In this document: positions 18,887 through 30,048 of the stretch, one piece after another
Numbering within the stretch: position 1 is the stretch's first letter
Layout of the letters: every line of letters starts with the position of its first letter
Source of the DNA: an uncultured Fibrobacterota bacterium
GTDB taxonomy: Bacteria > Fibrobacterota > Chitinivibrionia > Chitinivibrionales > FEN-1185
Reading direction: 5' to 3'
Assembly (NCBI GenBank): GCA_963753345.1
Contig: CAVWBU010000041.1
Span: 32,001 to 96,000 of the forward strand
DNA length: 64,000 nt
Position numbers and translations under genes: made by a program
The notes under the pieces: model-generated
Databases searched by the model: none
Told to the model about the DNA's origin: nothing
Seen by the model: only the letters and a program-made list of their open reading frames with translations

Positions 18887-21800
18887 ATGCGCGGACCGAT
18901 TCAAATCTGCAATAGTCCCTTTTGTAAAGAGCTTTCCGCTGCCGCGCTCTGGATTGTCATGGCCGCGCACGCGGCGCTGCCCGCGCGCATGTATTGGACC
19001 AGCCCGGCGGGCGGCGACACGAGGTGGAGCAACGAGGCCAACTGGAGCGCAACCAGGGCGCCGCGACCGGGCGACACCGTGGTCTTCGGCGTCAAGGGAA
19101 AGCGTCTCGCGCCCTGCAACCTCGACGCGGATGCGGCAGTTGCGGACATTTATTTTCGTGCAGCGTATACCCAAAGGTTCGATTTCGGCGGTAATGTTCT
19201 TTCGGTGACCGGCGACACCTGCGACCTCCGTTCAGGCGGGGAAATCGGCGACGGCGATAGGCGGGGCGGCATAGTGTTCGAGCCGGCGGGAACGCTCGCC
19301 TTTTTTCCCGGATCGCAAGCAATCCTCCCGAATGTCACCGTTAGGTGCATGCCCGGCGGCGCGGTGGTCTGCCGCGAATCCGGCTTCCGGGCCGATACGC
19401 TTTCCTTTGTCGCCGGGACGTTCCGCTGCGGATCAAATCTGGCGCATCAGGCGGGGGTGGTTCAGTCGAGCGGCGGCGGCCTCAGTCTTGATTCCTCGGC
19501 GCTGGCGGTGTCAGGTGCAATTGTCAATTTCGCGGGACTTGCGCCCCTCTCGTCCGCAAACGGGACCCTTGTTTTCCGCGGGGCCGCGTCCCAGCGGATT
19601 GTCTTTCCGCCCGACTCGGTCCGCATCCACTGCTTGATCCAGGACGGCGGAGGGGGAACGGTGATTTCGAAAATTCCGGGCTCGGTCCTGTACGTGGACA
19701 CCCTGACGATCCGCTCCGGTATCATGATGCTTGACGACTCGGCATCGCTCACCCTCGGCGCTTTCCAGTCTATGCACGGCGGCCTTGTGATTCCGGCTTC
19801 CGCAAGGTTCACCCTGCGCGGCAACGCCGATTTTTCCGGGCTCGACTCGCTTGGCGCGGCCGGCCCGGTGCTGTGCGCGGGCCTGCAATCGTGGGTGACT
19901 CTCACGCCGAAAATCGGGGTGCAGTTCCCGCGGGTGGAAGTAACTGCAGGCAGATTGCAGCTTGCCGGCAACGGGCTTTGGGCAGACTCCGTCCGGTGCG
20001 CCGCAGCATGCACGATTTCCCTCGGAACACGCCTCGTTCACGCCGTTCGGGCGATCTCTCTGGAGCAAGGCGCGGTTGTCAATTTTGAATCCTCGGTCCT
20101 CAGGTTCGCCGGAGGCAGACTCGACTTGTCGGGATGCGGCGGCATTCTGCCGGGAACGGGCTGCATCGAATTCAACGGTGCATCGCCCCAGGTCTTTGCG
20201 CCGGCCGCGGGAAAGATGTGTCCGTCGGTTTTTCAAAACGGAACGGGCGGAACCACGCTTTCCGGATGCGATCTTCTCGCCGGCAGTCTCGCTATCGGCG
20301 CCGGGACATTCAACCTGAACGGCTACTCTGCAGCGGTCGACACTCTCAGGGGCAATCCCGCGGGCGACAACGATTCGCTCAAGATAGGCTCCTCACCCCC
20401 GTCGGCAATAAATGCGCGGGGAAGCGTGTTTCTTGACCAGATGGCAGTTTCGGGAGACATCCGGCTCGAGCTTTCGGGTGCGAAACAGGATCTGCGGGTC
20501 CCCGGCAATTGTCATATAGTCAAGTTGACGCAATCCGGTTCCTCCCGTGCCGCGGTGAGCGCCCCCGCGGGAGCGAAGCTGGCCATCGATACGCTGTGCA
20601 TCCGCTCGGGCACGCTCGATCTCGGCGGCTCTTCGGGCCCGTTCATCGCAAATGTCCAGTCGCTGTCCGCCGGCGGCGGCGAATCAGCTTCGGCGGCTCA
20701 ATCGTGCGCTTTTCGGGCGACACGCTGGATCTCTCCCGCTGCGCGGTGCCGTCTTCGCAGCAGGACGGCGGCATCGAGTTCTGCGGAGCCAGACCCCAGG
20801 TATTCATACCGGCGCCGGGCGCAGTCTATCCGGCCATTATTGCAAGCGGGCCCGGCCCCACAACCGTTTCGGGATCTGGTTTTTCGTGCGCAAGGCTTTC
20901 GGTTGCCTCGGGCGGCACGCTGTTGCTCGGCACCGCGCTCACCCACGCCGTTTCCTCGCGAATCCAGATCGTTGGAACGATTGATTTCGGCACCTCAACG
21001 TTGTCGGTCGCGGCCGATTCCGTGGACCTGTCGGCCGCCGCATCTCTTGTTCCGGGCAACGGCACATTGTCGTTTACCGGCGCGAACGGCACGCAGATCT
21101 TCGTGCCAAAGGCCGGCGCGCTGAACCCGAACATCATCAAGCCGCGCAGCGGAACCGTTGTCCTGGGCGGGCCGTGCGCAGCCAAGAAATTATGGATTGC
21201 GGACGGCACCTTCGACTGCGGCAATTACAAATGCGAACTCACGGGATTCTCCGCGATCGGCGGCTCGCTTGCGGTCGGTTCGGACAGTCTCATCGTCTCC
21301 GGCAACGCCCTGTTCGCCGGTCTCACGGCAGTTTCCGCCGCTGCCGCGCCTATTGTGGTGAGGACCTCTTCCGCCTCACCCGTCTCGGTTTTCTCCACGG
21401 GCGACAGGGAAATAGGCAACCTCGTTCTGCTGGCCGCCGGTGCGGGAGGGCCGGCGCGCATCATTGCCGCACCCGGGACCCACCGCGTGAGCCAATGCAC
21501 CTTCGCGTGGAGCAGGTCCCAGGACAGCGCCGTCTTCGATTTCCGCCAGAACAACGCCTCCCTTTCCGTAAGCGATTCCGCGGGGGTCCTCATCCGGGGT
21601 GCGGGAATTGACAAGGGACGCATTTACATGGGCAACGGCACGTGGACCTTTACGGGCAGCTTCGCGCTCGCAGACTACGAGCGCGACGGTTCGAAGATTG
21701 TTTTCACGGCCGACACGGGAATTCAGACCCTTTCGGCGCCGCTTCCGCTCGGCGACGTGACGCATTCCGGAGCGGGCAGGCTGCAGCTTCTCTCAAATGT

Positions 21801-23355
21801 CAAATGCCGTTCCTTCTCACAGACGGCGGGCATTCTCGATTTCAACGGGTACGCGGTTTCTTCGGAAGGCGACATCTCGGTTGCAAACGGGTCCGACTCT
21901 TCGATAGCGCCGTCCCCCCGCGGATGGAAGATGGAAACCCTCGGCTCCGCTTCGCTCAGCGGCGGCATAAGGAATTACCTCACCATTGCAAGCGCCGCGC
22001 AATGCACCCTGAGTGCGGCAGTCTCCCTCCGGGCCCGTTATGCGGTCCTCAAAAACTGCAGGGCGCTCCTGCAGAAAGGGACCGCGAGCAAATGCATCGA
22101 CAGCCTCGGCAACAGCAATTGGCTCTTTTCAAACAGGCCGGCGCCGCCTTCCGGGCTTTATGTGCGGCGGGGAAACGGCGCCGTTTCCCTTCTATGGAAC
22201 CGGAGCCCCGCTGCCGATGCGGTGCGTTACTTGGTTTATGCGGGAACAAGCGCTGCGGCCCTTTCGAAACGCGACTCCACCGACTCGCCTCAGGACTCGG
22301 CGCGGACAATCGCCAATTTGACAAATGGGCATTCGTACTATTTCTCCGTTACCGTGCTCGACAGCACCGGTTGCGAAAGCGATTTCTCGGGCCAGGTTTC
22401 GGCCATTCCCGATTCGGGATTGCTGGAAATCAGCGCGGGCCGCGTCTCATTCGGAAGAGTTACCGTCGGCACGGTGGACGACACCGCCATTTCGCTGTTT
22501 AACGGCTGCACCGACACGGTGGTTATAGCTTCCATAAAAGCAAGCTCCGCGGCCTTTGCCTGCAGCCTCACCTCGTGGCGGATTCCTCCCCGGCAGTCGG
22601 TGTCGGACACCCTGACGTTCAGACCGCTTCGGCAGGGGACGGATTCGGCAGTTATCGTGATTCGCAGCAATGCGATGTCGAGCCCCGACACCATCCGCGT
22701 GTCGGGCACGGGAACCGCCCCACGGCTGTGCGCCGTGCCGGATTCGGCCCTTTTCGACGTTCCCGGACCGGCCGCAACGGCCTTCATCCGCGTCATCGTG
22801 GTAAAAAACACTGGAAACGACACCCTCAGAATATCCCAGATCACCCGGCTGGTTACGGACGATTATATTTCGGACAGCCTGTTTACGCTGTCGCAGATCC
22901 GGGATCTTGCCCCCGGGGATTCATGCTTCGACACCGTGCGATTTTCTCCCGGGAAAGCCGGCACCTATGCGGCGAAGTTCCTTGTCAAGAGCAATTGCAC
23001 GACCCCGTCCGACACCATCTTCGTGACCGGAAAATGCGGGGCGGCCGCAGCACAACCGGCGCCGGCGCCGGTCCCCAGGGATTTTGCGTTCCAGGAGGCC
23101 TCGGTTGAGGGCCGTACGGTTGTCTTCAGGTACGCGCTTCCCGTTGCTTCCCGGGTGACGCTTGACATTTACAACGCGATCGGAAGGTTCCTCGAACGGC
23201 CGCTGGAAAGCGAGCAGAGTCCGCATGAATGCCAGTTCTCATGGGACGGCTCGCATGTGTCACGAGGGATTTACTTCTGCAAGTTCAAGGCGGCGGATTC
23301 GGACGACGCGGACCCCAAGTTCATGAAGACGATCCGCATCGTTTTCTCCAAATAG
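18887..23355 (+). CDS. Large secreted protein (beta-helix-like repeats, FN3, two Ig-like domains, C-terminal sorting domain); frameshift near 20680
   Basis: ORFs 18746-21124 and 20509-23355 join at GGCGGCGGC-GAATCAGC, where one base is missing. FN3 motifs LLWN and LTNGHSYYFSV; tail LDIYNAIGR...WDG...GIYF. Confidence 0.72.
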
Positions 23356-23515
23356 CGCGCATAGCGCGCACAAAAAACACCCTCCGTACCGGCAGGAAAA
23401 AAAGATCCGCCGCATGCGTGCCCGGTCTGCTTGTGAGGGGGGGCAGTTAACCGGACAATCGCACACGGCGGACTGTTCTCTTTATGGCCCCGAACAAACC
23501 CGCGCGCACCGACGC

Positions 23516-24967
23516 TCACCTGAAGTCTGCGTCAGACAAACCGTGAATTATGATGTTGTCAAGCCCCATGACGACCGTGTCGCCCTTGTTTTCCCACGCG
23601 GCAAACTCAATTCTATCGATGCTGTCGCACACGGAGCTCCAGGTGAGGCCGTCGGCAAGCTGCTTTGAACCAGCCGGCGCCGTAATGTCCGCCGGACGAA
23701 TGGTTATCGTCTGCCATGTAGGCGGACACAACAGCACCGTGCTCAATTGCCCCCACCACTGGGCCGCCGTGTATCCGGCAAGCGCTTTGTGCGACCTGAA
23801 CACCACCCTGATGTGGCCTTTTCCCATCAAAGTAAACGTGAGCGAGGTCATCGCCGTAAGGTTCGCGTAGCCGCTGCCGCGAGGCGAAATCGGACAGGTA
23901 ATGTAGGCGTAAGGCGCCGTCAGAGCGGGAGGCGTGATCCCCATGAGAAACGTCACAATGAAACTTTTCCCGCTGTAGGCATTGACATCCGTAATTCCCA
24001 GCGAGAATTGCTGTGCCGTGCCCGGCGGAAGCAGCTGCGTCGTGCCGCCGTCCTTTGCATCGGTCACCACCTGCCAGCCGCTCCGGCCGGTTATCGGATT
24101 AAGGCACGATAGGCTGTCTCCGTCGTCGAAATCGTCAAGCACGACAAAGACGTCACCCTCATCGTCCACCTGAACGAGCTGCCCATTCACTACCCGATAG
24201 TACTTGACTAGAGAGAAATCCTTCCCCGCATACCATGCCGGTGCGGTCAACGAATCGTATGCCGTGAACAAAACGGCAAACGTCGGCGACAGCGTGGTCT
24301 GGTAGAAACTGTAGGATACGGCCGTGCCTGCGGCGTTTTCGACAAAAGCAACGTCCCTGATATACAGCGTGTCGGCGGTTGCACGGTCGACCCGCACAGG
24401 GAGATAATTGACGGTTGTGCCGCGGTGGAAGCTGATGTCGTGCTGACCGACGGGAACATTCGGTAGAACATAGAAACCGCCTGCGTCGGGCTTCACGCTG
24501 CTCTGGCATCCGGGAACAAATACCGACACCGAGGTCGGATCGATACCGGCACTCACAAGAAGCCTGCCTTTATAGGTGATGGTAGGCTCCATGTACAGCA
24601 CAACGATTGAATCCATATTGGACCGGACCTTGGAAACAAGCGCCGCAATCCCGCTGTCCCTGTTCCCGCATACGGCAACAAAGCTCCCCGAAGGAAGGCT
24701 GTCGAAACCGCAAAACCCATCCACGTCGGTGGTTTTTGTCCACCGGGTGAGCACACTGTCGTCATGCTGGGTTATTTCAATTCTCTTGAGTGTCACCTGA
24801 GCATTTGAGTAAGCGTTCCCGTTGTAGTCGGTCACCATGCATTCCACCCTGCCGTTCCCCGCCTGCGACCCGGTGCCCGCGACCGTCGCCGGAGAAGAAC
24901 ACTCGATGCATGCGGAAACGACCAACCCCGCCGCAATCGCAATTGCTAGACAAACGCGAGTCCTCAT
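23516..24967 (-). CDS. Lipoprotein with carboxypeptidase-regulatory-like domains and a C-terminal CBM11-like domain
   Basis: Lipobox, then AGTGSQAGN (typical of TIGR02147 partner genes); LDDFDDG...W..VTD...GG and WQTITI; ATGA-coupled to the upstream gene. Confidence 0.7.
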   Translation of the reverse strand: MRTRVCLAIAIAAGLVVSACIECSSPATVAGTGSQAGNGRVECMVTDYNGNAYSNAQVTLKRIEITQHDDSVLTRWTKTTDVDGFCGFDSLPSGSFVAVCGNRDSGIAALVSKVRSNMDSIVVLYMEPTITYKGRLLVSAGIDPTSVSVFVPGCQSSVKPDAGGFYVLPNVPVGQHDISFHRGTTVNYLPVRVDRATADTLYIRDVAFVENAAGTAVSYSFYQTTLSPTFAVLFTAYDSLTAPAWYAGKDFSLVKYYRVVNGQLVQVDDEGDVFVVLDDFDDGDSLSCLNPITGRSGWQVVTDAKDGGTTQLLPPGTAQQFSLGITDVNAYSGKSFIVTFLMGITPPALTAPYAYITCPISPRGSGYANLTAMTSLTFTLMGKGHIRVVFRSHKALAGYTAAQWWGQLSTVLLCPPTWQTITIRPADITAPAGSKQLADGLTWSSVCDSIDRIEFAAWENKGDTVVMGLDNIIIHGLSDADFR

Positions 24968-25842
24968 GATTCCTTCGGCTCCTCCGGTTGGGGCTGCGGC
25001 GGCTGTTTCCCGTCGCCTGCGGCAAGCGGGAACAGTTGAAAATTGAGCTGGCACACGGTCTGCGATGGGGTTTTGTCCTCCACGGCAATGTGCAGTATTT
25101 CCTCTTTGAAATCCCGTATCCTCTTTTTGATTGTTTCAAAACAGGGGCCGGACACGCCGAGCGTGAGCGAGCTCACCTCCCGCTTCTGCGGGTCGTATCG
25201 TTCCAGCGCCTCTTGTCCGAGCCGGATCATTTCGTGATGATAATTTCGAAGCATCAGCGAGTTCATTTCCGCCTTGGACGAAATAAGCGTGTCGCACAGC
25301 TCAAGCCTTCCGTTGTCGTTGCGCTTGACAAGATTGAGATGCAGCAGCACTTCCAGCGCCTTTTTCGCCTGGCTTGGTGTGATTGCTGGATTGATGCTCG
25401 TTGCGATCCAATCGCAGTCTTCGCGGAAATCGGGCAGGGTTATCAGTTCGCGGATCGCGCTGTAATACCAGTTCGAATAAAATTCGTATTGTTTTTCATC
25501 GAGATACGTCAGATTGGTGCGTCGCCTGCGCTGCATCATGGCGGCAAAGGCATTGTTTTTCGTCCGGTTGTTTCTGGCATTTACAAATTCAACAAGTGCC
25601 CGGAAGTAATCGGTTTCCTTGTCCGAGAGCCGCATGGCGCGAGCATATTTCTCCATCACTTTCGGAGAAAGCTGGCGCCTGCCGGAAATGATATCCTTGA
25701 ATAGACTTGGCGATACTCCGGATTCTTTGGCAAAGGAACGGAAGGAAAAACGCCGGCTGTTTTTTTTCCGAAAGGAATAGAAATCCTTTAGAAAGAATCG
25801 GTAGTCGGTATATTCGAATATTTTGAGTGAACGAATTGCCAT
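24964..25842 (-). CDS. TIGR02147 family protein (putative DNA-binding regulator)
   Basis: IFEYTDYRFFLKDFY, FSFRSFA, WYYSAIREL, REVSSLTL, QLNFQLFPL. Confidence 0.92.
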   Translation of the reverse strand: MAIRSLKIFEYTDYRFFLKDFYSFRKKNSRRFSFRSFAKESGVSPSLFKDIISGRRQLSPKVMEKYARAMRLSDKETDYFRALVEFVNARNNRTKNNAFAAMMQRRRRTNLTYLDEKQYEFYSNWYYSAIRELITLPDFREDCDWIATSINPAITPSQAKKALEVLLHLNLVKRNDNGRLELCDTLISSKAEMNSLMLRNYHHEMIRLGQEALERYDPQKREVSSLTLGVSGPCFETIKKRIRDFKEEILHIAVEDKTPSQTVCQLNFQLFPLAAGDGKQPPQPQPEEPKES

Positions 25843-25870
25843 GGCAAGTAATATAATACAGAAAACGGCT

Positions 25871-25990
25871 TTTTGAAACAAGTATTTGATGGATATTGAA
25901 CTATTTTTGCGAACACAAATAACCATAACTCATTGATATTAAATGCGTATGAATGGAATAATGTTGCGAACAAACTTCTTTTTGCGAACA
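25871..25990. promoter_or_regulatory. Repeated TTGCGAACA boxes upstream of the TIGR02147 gene
   Basis: Exact TTGCGAACA at 25907, 25964 and 25982; related TTTTGAAACA at 25871. Confidence 0.5.
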
Positions 25991-26449
25991 TAATTTGGGT
26001 GGAATTTAAGACATTCTTTCCGGCAGAACCAAAATACCCTTCTCATAATTCCAAGAAGACTTTTCTCCCATCCCACACTCCTGGCTTGCCTGCATTCCTA
26101 TTGTTCCAAACCTTAAAACAAATTATTATGGCTCAAAGAGATGTACGCCTTCGCAGACCCTATATTCATCTTACTTCAAGTAAGAAAAAATAGGTGGTCA
26201 CTTCACCAATAAATTGATAGATTAATCTATGTCGGAATTGATGAAATGTTTACACTGATCCGATCATGACGGAAAACTGGCATTGAACCTATAATAATTG
26301 AGCGAACCCCTTGATCTCAAATAAACATCGTGGTATGATTAGTGCAACAAAGTCACGAGGTTATGCAGGGCAGGTTGGAATGCGGTTGATGCGGGCAAAA
26401 GATTTCTTCCTTACGCCAGGCGAAATTTCCGGGAAGCAACCTTGACATC

Positions 26450-27649
26450 ATGAAATCAACGCCCAACAAGAGCATCGTGGTCATTATTGCGGCAGTCGCG
26501 GTCTCGTGCATTTTTTGCTGTACTTTATTGCACCGCTGTGCAAGCGCACCTAATACGGTTGTCACACCGTGGGCAGCGGTGGGCGGATGCGGGTCGAGCG
26601 CAGGCAGCGCAACCGGCGACGTGCTGGTGAAGTGGATTGGAAACGGCGTGTCCGGAGCATTGTTCGACGCCGAACTCATCATGAGCGAAGGCGCGCTCAC
26701 CGACAGTTCCCTTGTTCGCGGCTCCGAATACGACGGAAGGCTCCGCATCAAGACCACGACCGCACTCCTGAGCCTGTTCTATCATCCGCCAAGAATCATG
26801 GATATCAAACTCAGCATGCCTTTTCTTATGCGGGAAGGAATCAGCACGAATACCGGCGGGTTCGGAGACCTGCTTCTGGACCTGTGTCGCAAATGGGGCA
26901 CGTCCGGCGACATCCAAACCGGCCTCTCGCTCATTTTTCCGACGGGCTATGCAGACATAATGAATACGGGCATTGAACCATTGGCATCCGACAATCAATT
27001 GGGCGGCGGACTGTTCAGCGCTTCGGCGCGCGGGAGCTACACGTTCGATTTTGACTGGGGAATCATCAACCTGGGAGCGACCTACTCGGCCGGAGTTTTT
27101 GCGATAAGAACAACCGAGTACGGATGCGATTCCACGGGCACGAAGATTAGTTCACAGCGTCAGGAATTTCAATTTGCCCGAGAAGGGTGGGGCGCGCGCA
27201 ACGACGCGGGCGTGTTCTCCCCGGACTATCTGGGCGCGTTTGTAGACTTCGGAATCAGGTCCCAAGGCTTCACGCACGGATTCAGCATCAACTACTCGTA
27301 CCCGCTTGCCCAGGGGAATGTCGAGATTTTCGACGTCCCGACAACGTATTCCCTTGCCTTGCCCACAAAGGCTGCGGCCCAGGCCTACGTAGATACCTCG
27401 GCTTCCGCGTCCCACGGGGATACCACGAATATCATCCTCAGGCAAGCCAGCGACGGGTCCTGGTATTATCTGAGAAAATCCCCTACGCCGAGGCCGACGC
27501 CGCCTTCGGTCACGTTGCAATACACCATTGAGAAAAGCGACATGATGTTCCCGATACTCGTTGGCGGCATTGTCAAACTGGAATATGCGAACAGGCTCAA
27601 CCTTGCGGGTATTTCCTTTGGCGTTGGATTCAAGTTCCCGGTCTATTGA
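26450..27649 (+). CDS. Putative outer-membrane beta-barrel protein (paralog 1)
   Basis: N-terminal hydrophobic segment, amphipathic strands, GFGDL...FPTG...QLG.G motif, ends GVGFKFPVY. Confidence 0.65.
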   Translation: MKSTPNKSIVVIIAAVAVSCIFCCTLLHRCASAPNTVVTPWAAVGGCGSSAGSATGDVLVKWIGNGVSGALFDAELIMSEGALTDSSLVRGSEYDGRLRIKTTTALLSLFYHPPRIMDIKLSMPFLMREGISTNTGGFGDLLLDLCRKWGTSGDIQTGLSLIFPTGYADIMNTGIEPLASDNQLGGGLFSASARGSYTFDFDWGIINLGATYSAGVFAIRTTEYGCDSTGTKISSQRQEFQFAREGWGARNDAGVFSPDYLGAFVDFGIRSQGFTHGFSINYSYPLAQGNVEIFDVPTTYSLALPTKAAAQAYVDTSASASHGDTTNIILRQASDGSWYYLRKSPTPRPTPPSVTLQYTIEKSDMMFPILVGGIVKLEYANRLNLAGISFGVGFKFPVY

Positions 27650-27689
27650 CAAAAGCAGAGGGCCGAAACCCGACGAAAGAAGAAAGGAC

Positions 27690-28829
27690 ATGTGGATGCC
27701 ACTTCAGCGCTGTACAATCATCACATCCCTCATTCTTGGGGCATTGGTTTTTTCAGCCTCCGGGCAACCGATGCAGGTTGGGGAAAACGGCCTCGGCCTG
27801 TCGGGTGACCTGCATCTGAAATGGATCGGCAAAGGCATTGCGGGAAAATTGATCGACGCCGAAGTCGTCGTGAGCGAAGCAATGATCGCCGACAGCTCAA
27901 AACTTGGCGGATCCGAATACGACGGAATGTTCCGCACGAAGATCACCCAGGCGCTGGTGAGTTTCTATGTCCATCCCGGGAAGGTCCTCGATCTCATGCT
28001 CAGCATGCCTTTTCTAATCAAGCAAGGTCCTGACGGAAAAACCGGGCCGTTTGGCGACTTGCTGGTCGATGTGAGCCGTTCCTGGGGCACCCTCAACATG
28101 GTCGCGGCGGGCCTTACCCTCAACTTTCCAACCGGATATTCGACAATCATGAGTGACAACACGACGTTCCTCTCTTCCGAAAATCAGTTGGGCAGCGGTC
28201 TCTTCGGTGCGACCGCGCGGGCAAGTTATGGATTTGCTCCGGACTGGGGTATCATCAACGTGGGAGCATCGTACTCCGCAGGGCTTTTTGCGATCAGGAC
28301 CTCTGAGTACGGGTACGACCCCAACACAGACAATATTAACTTCGACACCAAAACCTTCCAGGTGGCACGCGACGGATGGGCCGCGCGCAACGACGCCGGC
28401 GTGGTCACGCCGGATCATGTCGGCATGTTTGCAGATTTCGGCATCAAGACGGAAACGGTCAACCATGGCATCAGCGTCGGCTACTACTATCCGACTGCAC
28501 CCATGGGGTACGAAATACTTGACAAAGGCAACACCGCGTCCACGTTTTCCACAAAAGCCCAAGCGCAGGAATACCTCGACTCCTCAAACCACGCAAGCAG
28601 TACCACCTATTTTGTGGCCGGCCAGCGCGCGGACAACACGTGGGAATACCTCAGTAGAACGACCTTTACAACCAAGGCACTCCCTTCTCTCATTCTTCAA
28701 TACAACATCGAAAAGAACGACATGCTATTTCCGATATTTCTCGGCGGCATGGTGAAAATGGATTACGACAACAGACTTAATTTCTCGGCATTTTCACTGG
28801 GGGTCGGGTTCAAGTTTCCGGTGATCTAG
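27690..28829 (+). CDS. Putative outer-membrane beta-barrel protein (paralog 2)
   Basis: Clear paralog of 26450-27649 (KWIG, GSEYDG, GW.ARNDAG); ends GVGFKFPVI. Confidence 0.65.
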   Translation: MWMPLQRCTIITSLILGALVFSASGQPMQVGENGLGLSGDLHLKWIGKGIAGKLIDAEVVVSEAMIADSSKLGGSEYDGMFRTKITQALVSFYVHPGKVLDLMLSMPFLIKQGPDGKTGPFGDLLVDVSRSWGTLNMVAAGLTLNFPTGYSTIMSDNTTFLSSENQLGSGLFGATARASYGFAPDWGIINVGASYSAGLFAIRTSEYGYDPNTDNINFDTKTFQVARDGWAARNDAGVVTPDHVGMFADFGIKTETVNHGISVGYYYPTAPMGYEILDKGNTASTFSTKAQAQEYLDSSNHASSTTYFVAGQRADNTWEYLSRTTFTTKALPSLILQYNIEKNDMLFPIFLGGMVKMDYDNRLNFSAFSLGVGFKFPVI

Positions 28830-28875
28830 AATTGCAAAACACAACAATATTTCAACCTTATTGAAAGGACGACTC

Positions 28876-30003
28876 ATGCGCACTGGGATTCGTTTTCGGA
28901 AAGTTCCCGTGGTTTTGTCGGCACTCCTTTTGTTTGTCTTAACAAGTCAGGCAGCACCCGGACTTACCCTGGGAGGACAATTTGTTCCACAGGAAAGCCT
29001 TATGGTATTCATCGACATGGGAAACTCCGCCATGTCGGGCCGCGACAAACAACCCGACCTTGCTACAGACCCTCATTTGTGGAAATTCGAAATGAGCCCG
29101 GCAAACTACGACTGGCTGCTGGCAAAGGAACCCGTCTGTGTCGACGCGTATAATGTGCTCGCGGCTCCCTTGGGCGGCCCCATCATGCCCTTCCTCAAGA
29201 GGCTCCACGTGGATTATCCGAATTACTACTTTGGGGTAATGCAATTGTCCAACTCCGGCTGGGAGCTCAAGGACCATTTCTCTCCCGGCAAAGCCGAAGT
29301 CACGGCACTCTTGACAAAGGCAAACATCCTCAAGGCCAACGTGACTATCGCGGGTATTGTCAGCATGCTCAACAATGTCGAAGTCCAGAACAAAGATACC
29401 GCCAACTACCTGCAGCTTGTTGCGGCCATGGTCAGTAACATCCGGACCAACCTGGGAACCTTGCAATACAGTGGCGTTACCTATACCGTGCCATACGTCC
29501 ACGCCGGTTATCCGGTTGAGGCGAAAGACAGCCCGGATGGGTCGGTCCAGTACGATACCTCGCATATCCAGACCAAGAGCATCATGAGGCAGATTGCACA
29601 GATTCCCACGCTCGTCACGGATTGCGTGATAATTCCCACAAATGGATTGACGGTCTGCATGAACTGCACCCCTGCGGGCTACTACGACCATTACGACTCA
29701 GCCGGGAGCGCGGGGTGGGGACTCCGCGCCGCCGACTCGGTGCTGGGCCGGTGCTGGATACCTCCTGTCAACAATTGCTCCACACTTGCCACTGCCCCGC
29801 AACATCAGATTCCTTGTTTCATGTTTCCGCATTGCAGAAAGTCATGTTTCGACGGCGCCAACTGGTCCGTGTTTGACAATGCGGGAAAATCGTTCAGCGT
29901 GTATTCACCGAACGGAAGATCAATAGCAATCGCCGCTGGCGCCACAATTAGAAACCAGAAGCTGTTGCCGGGTGTCTATTTCGTCCGCGCCGATGTCAGA
30001 TGA
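28876..30003 (+). CDS. Secreted SGNH/CE6 (SASA)-like esterase with C-terminal sorting tail
   Basis: GNSAMSGRD (compare GQSNM), AKEP, GP..PFLK, C-terminal DHY; tail VYSPNGR...PGVYFV. Confidence 0.62.
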   Translation: MRTGIRFRKVPVVLSALLLFVLTSQAAPGLTLGGQFVPQESLMVFIDMGNSAMSGRDKQPDLATDPHLWKFEMSPANYDWLLAKEPVCVDAYNVLAAPLGGPIMPFLKRLHVDYPNYYFGVMQLSNSGWELKDHFSPGKAEVTALLTKANILKANVTIAGIVSMLNNVEVQNKDTANYLQLVAAMVSNIRTNLGTLQYSGVTYTVPYVHAGYPVEAKDSPDGSVQYDTSHIQTKSIMRQIAQIPTLVTDCVIIPTNGLTVCMNCTPAGYYDHYDSAGSAGWGLRAADSVLGRCWIPPVNNCSTLATAPQHQIPCFMFPHCRKSCFDGANWSVFDNAGKSFSVYSPNGRSIAIAAGATIRNQKLLPGVYFVRADVR

Positions 30004-30048
30004 TTTTCGGTTGGTGAATGAGGAACATTATAAAGGGGGAGCTTTGCA

